Both the position numbers and the translations under genes were made by a program. Positions 1-10,587 of a stretch of DNA of 64,000 bases are shown here, in pieces. Location: NCBI RefSeq assembly GCF_964213995.1, contig NC_135802.1, forward strand, positions 57,474,001 through 57,538,000, in the 5' to 3' direction. The notes under the pieces are model-generated. The model made no database searches and was not told the origin of the DNA. It saw only the letters and a program-made list of their open reading frames with translations. The number at the start of each line of letters is the position of its first letter. Within the stretch, counting starts at the first letter, position 1. This DNA is from Mustelus asterias (taxonomy: Eukaryota).

Positions 1-102
1 TTTGCACCAGTATACGGTATGTGACAGTAGCAATGATTCCTTTGCAGCACCTTACTTTCCTTTAGCAGTGACTCTCCAATCTCTGCTTATACTTCCATGC
101 AG

Positions 103-1074
103 GAGATGCCATTATGCCTTCGAAATCAGCCCAGAACCTGCTTCTGACCCGGGGGAACGCACAAGTTCTGGATGTGTCTCAGTGCGACGTGCTGACAGTG
201 CCATGCATGAGCTGCAACAAGAAGGTGTACGCGTTGAATGCCCGCCACCACCGGACCCTGCACCGCATGCTGGAGCTGCTGCAGTACCCGGCGGGCAGCA
301 AGCCGGTCAGCCTCCTGTCCCTCCGGCTCCGCCGCCGCAGCATCATTGCCAAGAGGATGCGCTCCAAGAAGTTCAGCCCGCTGGAGCTGCAGAAGATCGA
401 CTTCGCCTACGAGATGGTCAAGTCCAGCCGCTTGCTAACGTGGCCCTTCCTCCTGGAGAGTCCCATAATGTGCAGAGAGGAAATGCCGCTGCCCCTGAGG
501 CTGCCGGACACCTCCTGCGTGAAATCTCTGGGCATCTGGCAGGACCGGAACACCGCCCGGAAATCCCAGATGGAAGGCACTTATGTTTTCATGGATTGCT
601 ACGGTGGTCGCAGCGACGCCTGGTTCATCGGGGTCTTTGACGGCTGCCACGGCGCGTCCGCGGCGCAGTTCGCCTCCGGAGACCTGCCCGTCCTGATGCT
701 GGAGCAGCTGGCCACAGCTGGCCACCCCTACACCTTGTCCAGCAACAACCGGGCGCACCTCCGCAGCTACAACCCCCTCTTTCCCCGGGGCAGCCCGGAG
801 GCGTCCCACCTCACCCCCGACCAACCCGAGAGGAAGGGCAGCAAGCAGCACCTTTACTCCTCCATCCACGTGGCTTTCGCCAAAGCCTTTTGGAAGATGG
901 ACCGGATCTTGCTGCTGGGCCGCAGGGAGCGCTCCAGGGTCCGCTGGAGCGGCTGTACAGTCGCCGCCTGCCTGCTGGAGCCGGCAGTGGCCCGCTCCCG
1001 GAGTGCCAGCGACACTGAGAGCCTCTCAGAGGAGAGTGTGTGTGAAATCGGAACGCTGCACATTGCTAACGCAG
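103..1074 (+). CDS. PP2D1: Protein phosphatase 2C-like domain-containing protein 1, large N-terminal exon (probably exon 2; in-frame ATG at 114)
   Basis: ORF 114-1091 has PP2C motifs (QMEG, FIGVFDGCHG, WSGCT, LHIANAG). Candidate acceptor ccatgcag|GA at 102/103; donor GCAG|gtaatg at 1074/1075 (phase 1). Confidence 0.88.
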
Positions 1075-1144
1075 GTAATGTTGGTCACTGAAAATAAAAC
1101 ATAAATAGTCCGGGCTCTGCTCCCTTTTACATCTTTAGTTAGTT

Positions 1145-1605
1145 ATGATGTGGAGTTGCCGGCGTTGGACTGGGGTGGGCACAGTAAGAAGTCTCACAAC
1201 ACCAAATTAAAGTCTTAACAGGACGGCACAGTAGTTAGCACTGCTACTTCATAGGAACCTGGGTTCAATTCCCAGCTTGGGTCACTGTCTGTGCAGAGTC
1301 TGCACATTCTCCCCGTGTCTGCGTGAGTTTCTTCTGGGTGCTCCAGTTCCCTCCCACCATCCAAAGATGTGCCGGTTAGGTTGGCTGGCCATGCTAAATT
1401 GCCATAGTGTCCTGGGATGTGTAGGTTAGAGGGATTAGTGGGTTAAATGTATGGGGTTGTGGGATGGGGCCTGGGGTGGGTGCAGACTCAATGGGCCGAA
1501 TGGTCTCCTTCTGCACTATAGGGCTTCTATGAGGTTTATTTGGAATCACGAGCTTTCTGAGTGCTGCTCCTTCACCTGATGACTTTAATCTGGTGTTGAG
1601 AGACA
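1145..1605. mobile_element. Collapsed inverted-terminus remnant of Penelope family A, interrupted by a SINE
   Basis: 1145-1220 and 1532-1575 match the left end of the PLE at 11669; 1583-1605 is the inverted copy. Confidence 0.7.
1221..1531 (+). mobile_element. HE1-type tRNA-derived SINE
   Basis: Degenerate tRNA-like head with GGTTCAATTCC B box; central GTGTCTGCGTG..TTTC domain; CR1-like tail. Confidence 0.85.
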
Positions 1606-1756
1606 TTTTTAGTTGATGAGGCTGTTTGGGAGACATCTCGGCCAAGCATTGCTATTGCAACAGATCAAATACCCATGCTGGCAATCTAATCCAAAGATTT
1701 TTTTTTTAAATGTTCAAAATACCAAGGATGAGGAGTTTAGTGTGATTTTGCTGCCC

Positions 1757-2866
1757 TGTCTGCTGTGGCCACCACCTCTCGGTAGAAACAGGTGAGGAAA
1801 GTGGGCTCCAGCTCAGTCAATAGATTTTTGGATACTACGGCAATTAATGGATATGGAGATGGTGCCAAGTTAGAAGGTCAGCATGATCATGTTGACTGAC
1901 AAGTAGGTTCCAAGAACCAGGTGGCCCATCTCCATCTCCTATTTCTTATGTCGTAGGAGTGATAGTGCAAGGTCACTGTTATTGGAGCCTCTTCTAGCAT
2001 GGTCTGGAGAAGGACACCTCTGTGTGACTGTCTCCTCCCCATCCCATTTGAAGGAGCACTGTACCCTACCCTGTACACTTTACACTACACTATACCCTAC
2101 TCTTTACACTATACACCACACTGTACCCTAATCTGTACACTATACCTTACCCTGTACACTATACACTACACCATACCCGGTACACAATACAGCATATCAA
2201 ACCTTACTCTGTACACTATACCATACTCTGTACACTATACACTACACTATACCCTACCCTGTACATTATACAGTATACTATACCCTACTCTGAACACTAA
2301 GCACTACACTATAGCCTACTCTGTCCACTATACAGTATACTCTACTCTACATACTATACACTACACCCTACCCTATACACACTATACCCTACTCTGTACA
2401 CAATATACTAAACTATACCATACCCTGTACACTACAATATACCCTACACTCTACCCTATACACTCCACTATACCCTGTACACTGTACAGTACATTATATC
2501 TACCCTGTACACTATACACTACACTATACCCTACCCTGATGCCAAAGAGCTCAGTCGACTGATGCAATACCAGCACAACAAACTTGGACCACGGAGGTCT
2601 AAACCACCAACTAACAGTTCACTCCAACAACAGTGACCTTGCACTATCACTCCTACGACATAAGGAATAGGAGATGGAGATGGGCCACCTGGTTCTTGGA
2701 ACCTACTTGTCAGTCAACATGATCATGGCTGACCTTCTACCTCAACTCAATCACTCAGCACTATACCCATATCCATTAATTGCCTTAGTATCCAAAAATC
2801 TATTGACTGAGCTGGAGCCCACTTTCCTCACCTGTTTCTACTGAGAGGTGGTGGTCACAGCAGACA
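1757..2866. repeat. Inverted duplication 1: arms 1757-1987 and 2622-2866
   Basis: Arms are reverse complements with a few substitutions and one ~12-nt indel. Confidence 0.92.
2055..2540. repeat. Degenerate TACAC/TACCC mini/microsatellite
   Basis: Recurring CTGTACACTATACCCTAC-like units; gives rise to the spurious Y/T/L/H-rich ORF 1999-2562. Confidence 0.9.
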
Positions 2867-3119
2867 CAGACTGACCCTCAATCCTTGCCCCCTCACCCAT
2901 CCAATATCAAACACCCTGTCTACATTTTGCTGGCTCAGAGCTGGAGCACAGGGAACAATGCCCACGGAACATCCCTAGACAGCCAAATGAAGTTTTATTT
3001 TTGAAGAGGGGAGTAAGAAGACCTGCCATCGCAAAACACTTTATTGTCCAGACTTTGTCCAATTTTGATTCACAATGAAACCTTGAATAAAATAATATCT
3101 TTATTTACCAAAATCCAAA

Positions 3120-4035
3120 AGAAGATCCATTGAACTCTGTCTTGATTATGCTTGATGGTTGAGCACCCACAGCCCTCAGGAGTATGGAACTCCAAAAGTT
3201 CAAAAGCCTTTGAGTGAGGAAAATTCTCTCAGTCCCAAATGGCTGACCCCTTATTCTGTAACTGTGACCTTGTTCTCTTGATTCCCTCGCTGGAAGAAAC
3301 ATTTTTTTTTAGCATCTACTCTGTCGAGCTTCTTAACATTTTATAGCTTTCAATTCTTCTGAACTCATGGGAATATAGACTTAATCTATTCAATTACTCC
3401 TTCGCGAACAATCCCCTCATCCCAGGAACCAGTCTCGAGATCCTTTGCTGCCCTCCCTCTAGGTAATGTCTGTCCTTCTTTAGATGAGGTGACCAAAACT
3501 GCACACTACTCCAAGTGTGGTTTCACCAATGCCTTGTGTAAATAGTTGTCTCCTTTACTTCTATGTCTCCAAACTTTGTAACAAAAAATAAAGTACCATT
3601 TGTTTTCATAATTACTCACTGTACCTGCATGTTGGTTCCTGTGACTCATGTGAAGGGCATCCAGCTCTCTCTGAGTGCAAACATTTCCCAGTCTTTTACC
3701 ATTTAAAACATATTGTTTTTTTTATTTTTCCTGTTTTGCCACATTATCTCCCATCTACCATGTTCCTAACCACTCAACTAAGCTACTACCTATGTCCCTC
3801 TGTAGTCTATTTGCTTCCTCCTCACTACTTACTTTCCCACCTGATTTCATATGATCTGCAAACTAGGATATATTACTCTTAGTCTCCTCATCAAAGTCAT
3901 TAATATAGATTGTAAATGGCTGAGGTACTGATCCTTGTGGTACTCTGCCAGTTACAGCCTGCCAATCTGAAATGTTGTTTATTCCTATTCTCTGTTTTCT
4001 GACAATTCACCAATCCTCAATCCATGCTAACACAT
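3120..4035 (-). mobile_element. Degenerate CR1 LINE ORF2 fragment
   Basis: Minus-strand remnants such as GHSYRIRGQPF..FLTQR..NFW and FADD-like sequence near 3850. Confidence 0.75.
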
Positions 4036-4139
4036 TACAAAGGCAGAGCAGAAAGGAAGAGATCATAGAGAAAGAGTAACTATCAGAGAGAGGAAGAGAC
4101 AGAGGAAGACACCGTGTAGCAAACCAAATCCACACACTT

Positions 4140-4440
4140 TTTAAATTCATTCATGGGATGTGGGTGCCGCTGGCTAGACCAGCATTTATTACCCATCCCT
4201 AATTGCCCTTGAGAAGGTGATGATAAGTTGCCTCCTTGAACCGCTGTAGTCCATGTAGTGTAGGTACACCCACAGCGTAGTGAGGGAGGGAATTCCAGGA
4301 TTTTGATCCAGTGACAGTGAAGGAACGACAATATGGTTCCAAGTCAGGATGGCGTGTATCTTGGAGGGAAACTTCCAGGTGGTGGCGTTTCCATGCCACT
4401 GTTGCCCTTGTCCTTCTGAATGGTAGCGGCCTTGGTGAAT
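4140..4440 (-). mobile_element. 3' end of a second LINE family (family B, L2/CR1 group)
   Basis: ORF2 C-terminus SFTVTGSKSWNSLP..QRFKEATYHHLLKGN, then tail GGGCAATTAGGGATGGG..CCCACATCCCATGAATGAAT. Confidence 0.75.
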
Positions 4441-4649
4441 TCAAAATTTACTCTACTGAGGAGCATTTAATGAAGTGCCTTTCCTTCATCAAACAGTTTA
4501 TCACCAAGCTATACCACCAGCTGCAGCCCAATGTAAGTCTTGTGGTCAGCTTCTGGTCAGAAGTGCTTTAATGTCGTAGGCTCCTTTCAGGACGCAACAA
4601 GTGATATCAGCCACAACTCCCAATTTATAATACAGATTACAGGTCACTA

Positions 4650-5200
4650 AAAGTAGCAATGGAGGTTAACAAGGCCATAAAAAAGCAAACAAAGCCTTGT
4701 AATTCATCTCCATATGGATAGAATTGAAAAACAAAGAAATTACTTTAAACTTGTACTGGATCTTGATCAGACTATAGACAATTCTTAGCTCCATATTCTA
4801 AAAGGATAAAGAGGCACTGGAGAAGGTACAAAGAAGATTTACTAGAATGGAACCAGAACTGAGAGGTTATACATTTCAGGAGAGATAATCAGGCTGGGCT
4901 TTTTTTTTCTCTAGAAACAGAAGACTGAAGGATTATCTGATCAAGGCTATTAAAATTATGAAAGTGTTTAATAGGGTAGGTGTAAAGGAGATCTTTCTAC
5001 TTGGGGTGAGGCCAAAACAAGGGCCATAGATAATTGAAAAGAACAGCACAGATGCATTAAGAGGAAGCTAAGTTCATAAGCACATGTGGGAGTAATGATA
5101 GAGGAAAATGTTGATGGGGTGAGATGCAGAAGGATAGGAGGAAGCTCAAGTGCAGCATGAACATGGGCTTGGACAGCTTTAGTTGAATCTCTTGTTTTTG
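4650..5200 (+). mobile_element. Degenerate CR1 LINE 3' fragment
   Basis: ALEKVQRRFTRM-like coding remnant and CR1 tail. Confidence 0.7.
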
Positions 5201-5289
5201 TGCTGTAAATATATTTTTTAACATTTTGTATATTTGATGTATCAGGGAGGTAACCAGCACTAAACCAGCATCCATTTCCCAAGGAAAGA

Positions 5290-5735
5290 GCAAAGCAGTT
5301 CCAGAGAGCACTAGGTTCTGGCTTTATATGCCAGGCTTCTCAATTGGGTGCCATAAACTGCACATTCATTGCTATGTTTGTTCCTCATCTCCAGCCTGAC
5401 AACGTCATCAATAAAAAGGTTTTCCATTCCCTGTGTACATATCTTGCAAGTTCTATGTCCGTTGCAGTCATGTCTAACTCATCTTCTATTAGTATGCTGT
5501 GTTCCCTTTATTGAAAATAAGCTGCTGCGTTACAGGCCAGCTACTGGGTAACGAAAGCTATGCCTCCAGTCTTGTCTCATGGCTTCTGTCAGGAACCCAC
5601 CACAGTTGTGGAGCATGCCCACAACAAATGCCACAATGCCACAAGGAAAATTATTGAGCAACCGGTCTGAGTACTCAAGCATAGCTTCTGTTGCTCGGAT
5701 TGTTTCCAAGGTTTGCAATACACTCATGAGCATGT
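5290..5735 (+). mobile_element. PIF/Harbinger (HARBI1-like) transposase relic
   Basis: Frameshifted motifs GAINCTFIA (GAIDCTH), INKKVFHSL (NRKGFHSL), LLGNESY (LLGDxGY), HNKCHNATRKIIEQ..VLKHSF. Confidence 0.7.
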
Positions 5736-6072
5736 ATCTGGGTTTGATGTTGCCGGCTTCTAGAACAAGAGGTCACAGGTATAAGTTGTGGTAGATTTTA
5801 AACTGAGATGAGGAGGAACTACTTCTTGCAGAGAGTGGTGAATTTGTGGAACTCACTGTCCCATAGCGCGGTGAAGTCTGAATCGTTGAATGGTTTCAAG
5901 AAGGAGATAGATATATTTCTGATAAAAAGTGAGTTAAAGGGATATGGGGAACAGGTAGGGAGGTGGATTTGAGACCAGGGAGAAGTCAGTCAAGATCTGA
6001 TTGAATGGTGGAGCAGGGTCAATGGGCTGAATTGTTTACTTCTGCTCCTAATTCCTATGTTTCTATGTTCCT
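5735..6072 (+). mobile_element. CR1 LINE 3' fragment
   Basis: SRTRGHRYK..EMRRNYFLQRVVNLWNSL, ending in a CCTATGTTTCTATGTT tail. Confidence 0.85.
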
Positions 6073-6920
6073 GCTTCACTGTCATGATGACTCAACCTTT
6101 ACAACCATGTAGGTAGTAACAAGTGCAGGAGAACAAAGAGGAAGAGGAGTGTGACCAAGAGTGCCCCTAGCTGCCGGAGCTCTCAGAGACCAGCTCATTG
6201 AAGAGTATTTCACCTAGATCATTTCTCCTGTTCCCCAGTCACCAATAGTGTCATAATTCTTATCACTTTCCTTCAGTTCAGATTTATGGGTCTTGCCTTA
6301 ACTCACTACAAAGCTAAACATAAACACCAAATCCAGCACAAAAGTTACATTTATCAAACAAATATTCTGATCATGCTTCTCCCAGGCTTCTTTCCAGGCA
6401 AGCACTTAATGTCTGTTGTGTATGCTTCTTTTGCTATTCTTATGCTTCTATGAATTGTTTCCCTTGAGGCTACAGCCTTATAATTAAAAGCTGTTAAACT
6501 TCCATTGAGAACACTTCAGATGGTACTGGAGGATGACTGTCAACAGCGCTTCGCCAAGAGAGCTCGGCTACAGATTTCACATCTTGTTGTGCATGCATTA
6601 GTTTGGACCTGCTGGCTGTATGGCAAAATTAACTGTACTGACAGAGTGGCTAGTGACAGAGCAGGCATGCACTGTGAGAAAGAACACGAGGGGAACCAGT
6701 GTCCCTGCAAGCTACTTGCAACCATGTTTCCCTAACGCAAAGGTAGCAGTTGTTTGAGCTTCCCCGCCAGCAGTGAAAGCTGCTTTTGTAGCCTTATGAA
6801 CTTCCAGAACAGCAGTCTGTGCTACCTGTCATAGTAGTCATCTGAACTTTGTCAGAGCTACAGTAACAAAGTCCATCATGGTGGGTTTCATGTGGTGTTG
6901 GTGGCTTTGATCACTCGGTT

Positions 6921-8455
6921 CAAGTTAGACAGAATAGTCTCCATGTTGCTCTTGAAACCTTGAGGCCATCTGGAGTTCAACCCCTCCATGTACACATTGT
7001 GCACAAACTCTCTGACAGGTTGAAAAGTGCACCTAACATTCCCTGGCAAATGACGATCAGTTCTCTCAAATTCTGTAGCTGAGTCCTCTGTGACAGAACT
7101 GGTATGTGACCATGCCCTTCAGGGGTTGGGCTTACTATCCCTTTGTTCTAGCTCTTGCATAATTTAAAGCAAAACATGCGCAGCACAGAAAGATATCATT
7201 CAGCCTTTTATGACTTTTCCTGCACTTTGAAAGATCCATTTCCTTGCCGCAAACAATTTGGCTGCTGTGATTTCTACATTGGCTGCGTTTGCTGCCAGTG
7301 CCGTGAATGTACAGTTGTATATGTGGCTGCCATTTTTATTGGGGGTGGGCAATGTGCAGCAGGGTGTAGGCACACTCATCACTGATCCTAGAATTGGAAA
7401 TATTACAATGTCAGCAGCATCAAGTTAATACATTTAACAATGCCCTCCACCCACAGCTCACCCCACCTTCAAGCATCATTTTCTTTGCAAATCTAGAATG
7501 GTCCTTACAATTGCATCTTAGCTTCAATTGTGAACACAGGTCTCCACAAACTTAGCTACAAATCATAGCCTTATAAACTGAGACAGGCTGAAGTGAAAAT
7601 CTTACACTCTCAGATGTTGAAGTAAAGCCCTGGGACCTCACAAACACAAGTCATTTGTTGCCATTTTGGACAATGAAGTGAGAAGTTATCAGCATTTATA
7701 AAGGTGAATCTCTGTGCATTTGCTGATGAGTGTGCATGCGTAGATATGCTGTCAGACTCGGAGACCATCCTCCTTTGGCAGGAGTTACAGAGGTCTACAT
7801 TACTATTGTGACTAAACTTTAGAAGTAATTAATTGGCTGTAAATCACTTTGTGACAAAAGGCACTGTATAAATGCAAGTCTTTCATTCCAATTGTTCCAT
7901 GCCCCTGCTATTATCCCATCGCAAATATTTCCCCCTCAAGTATTTATCGAGTTTATTTTCGAAAGTAATCACTGAATCTGCTTCCACCATCATTTCAGGC
8001 AATGAACTGCAAATCATAACCGCTCACAGTGTAATGTATTTTCCTCGTGTCATCTCCTGTTCATTTGACAATTAAATCTGTGTCCTTGTTACTGACTCTT
8101 CTTGAAATAGTTTCTCCCTATTTACTCTATCAAACCCAGCATGATTTTGAACGCCTCTATCAAACATCTCCCTAACTTTTCTACTTTAAGGGGAACAATC
8201 CCTACCCTCACCATATAGCTGAGGTCTTTAATCTAATTTCTGAAGCCCAACCCCTGAAGGGCATGGTCACATACCAGTTCTGTCACAGAGGACTCAGCTA
8301 CAGAATTTGAGAGAACTGATCGTCATTTGCCAGGGAATGTTAGGTGCACTTTTCAACCTGTCAGAGAGTTTGTGCACAATGTGTACATGGAGAGGTTGAA
8401 CTCCATCTGGCCTCAAGGTTTCAAGAGCAACATGGAGACTATTCTGTCTAACTTG
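6921..8455. repeat. Inverted duplication 2: arms 6921-7133 and 8243-8455
   Basis: 213-bp arms are reverse complements with 3 differing bases counted by eye. Confidence 0.95.
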
Positions 8456-9045
8456 TCTGAGATGATTCCTGCAGGAGTAAGAGGTACATTTTCCAAAAGA
8501 TTATAATCCTTTCCTTAACAGACTGAGGAGTATCCACATTCTTAACTGCTGAAATTAGTGATCTGACAGACTGGATTCAAACTCAGCTTCAACTGTTAAA
8601 TGGGCATTGAATCTGGCATCAAGTGTGCCAGTCTGTTCCTCCCCAGTTGGGATTGTTACCAGTGTGATCTTTATCTCAGAGGAAATGACTTGGAATTTTT
8701 ATGATCTTCCCATTAACGATAATTAATCCACATTTTCATTTTATGAAGTGCACAATTTTAATCAACATTGAATTGAAATGTTTCTGATCTCCACTAGGTG
8801 TTCCTGTTCGATGTTCACAGGCATTGTGATTTTATTAAAAAATGATCAGAATTGAACTTGAAATGTGATTAATTATTGTCATTTGTTTACAATCTTGAGC
8901 ACTTTTTAAAGTCTCTGTAAAAAACCAACACATAGCTGTTGTCTGCGCACAATAAGTAAGCATTACAAAGTCACTAACTATTTCCACCTTCAGTACATAA
9001 TCAATAAATTAGTATCATTTAAACTATAAGCATGTCTTTCTGCAG

Positions 9046-10319
9046 GTGATGTACATGCTGTCTTGTGTAGAAATGGAAAAGGTTACCGTTTAACTGAAAA
9101 CCACAGCACCTCAAACCGTAAAGAATGTAAACGTATTCTTCTGGCTGGTGGAACAATCAGTAAAAATGAACAACATGGGCTTGTAGAGGGATTCATTCAA
9201 TCAACACGAGGACTTGGATTCCATGGAGACCCCAAGCTTAAAACATCTATTGTACCAATACCACATACTGCCTCTGTCCCTATTGATTCCTCATGCCAGT
9301 TTCTTGTTCTAGCTTCAAGTGGATTTTGGAAAGTGCTAAGTAGACATGAAGTAGTTTCAATCTCATTGGAAATGCTTTCTTTTTATTTAAGATCTTTTCA
9401 CACACAATCTAGAGAAATCCGCTCAGTAGTTCATTCTTTACACGTTATGGAACCAGATGTACACACTGTTGATAAAAGTTCCACTGTAGCACAGTTGCTT
9501 GAGGAGTTTTCACAGCAGGGACATAGAGATGCTTTGATGTCCCTTAAACGTTTGTTTGAGGAGGTATTAATAAGTAAGAAACATGGCTGGAAGACCATGA
9601 AACCTCTAGCCAAGCGTTTAAAATTAATGAAAGATCGTGATTCTCTTTGGCAAGCCATGCGTAATTTACTTCAGAACATTCCAAGACAGGAAAAATCCAA
9701 GTCACCAATTGAAAAGATTATAGAAGTTGTGTCAAAAGAGCTGGAACATGACAGTGGTATATTCGTGAAAAGTGTGCCCAAAGATACTTTAAATGAGAAG
9801 AACAGTGAAGACAAGACAAAAGCAGACAATTTTCTTGAGAAGTCTCTACCAGAAAATGAAGGTAAGGACAACGGGACTTTCATAGAACACAAGGAGCATT
9901 TAACAAAAGAGAAATATAATGATAACAAACTATCTGTGATTCCTGAGGCTGAGTTGTCTTCACACACCGAGAGAATAAATGGTCACCTAAGCCAAGAGGA
10001 TATATCCAAAAAATTAAAGAAGCAGAAATCGGTGATCTGGCATCCTGAGCAAATTGAACCAACTCCTTCAGAAAAGTTTGCCATTGAAAAATTAGATGAA
10101 GAAGCTTATCTTATGAATCAGGACGAAGCCAGTGAAGTTTCAAGTCAGGAAACACCCGATGAACGACAAGAAATTCAATATGAAACTCTAGCAAATACAA
10201 TCAGCAAACGATTAGTTGAAATTGCTAAACAAGCAGGAGCTTCTGACAACATAACAGTGCTCATATTGTTGCTTCCTGGATGTAATAAATTAATCCCTAA
10301 AAGAGAAGAAATGACATAA
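9046..10319 (+). CDS. PP2D1: PP2D1 terminal coding exon
   Basis: Acceptor tctttctgcag|GT at 9045/9046 continues the frame as G-DVHAVLCRNGKGYRLTENH, then TRGLGFHGD, QFLVLASSG and GASDNITVLILLL. Spliced CDS from ATG 114 is 2235 nt (744 aa). Confidence 0.9.
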
Positions 10320-10577
10320 GTTCCTCCATTTCAGAAGTGGTGCATCTGAAGAAAGTTCCTTGGCAATCATGCCTGGAGGCCACACTGCCGTCAGTGACTA
10401 GGGTGGATTTTTCCCACATAATTTGTATGAGACTATCCTCCATTCATTGTTCGTTTGTCTGGAAAAATTGTTGTCGTTTTGGGCATGAGTTCTTATTGCT
10501 ATTGTTGGTAGAGACTCTTAAATAGATTCTGTAGATTGTTTGCTGTAGTGTGCTCTTTAAATAGACTCTGTTTGCTG

Positions 10578-10587
10578 AATAAATAAA
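10578..10587 (+). terminator. Candidate PP2D1 polyadenylation signal (overlapping AATAAATAAA)
   Basis: About 260 nt after the stop codon, followed by GT/T-rich sequence. Confidence 0.5.

Noticed and set aside
2-640. 212-aa P/A/Q-rich ORF overlapping PP2D1
   Set aside because: Alternative frame of a GC-rich exon, non-ATG start, no recognisable domain.
1071-1091. GCAGGTRATGT shared by donor (1071) and acceptor (9042), with read-through GNV resembling the next exon
   Set aside because: Mostly explained by splice consensus; too short to argue for intron birth by duplication.
1999-2562. 187-aa Tyr/Thr/His-rich ORF
   Set aside because: Translation of a simple repeat.
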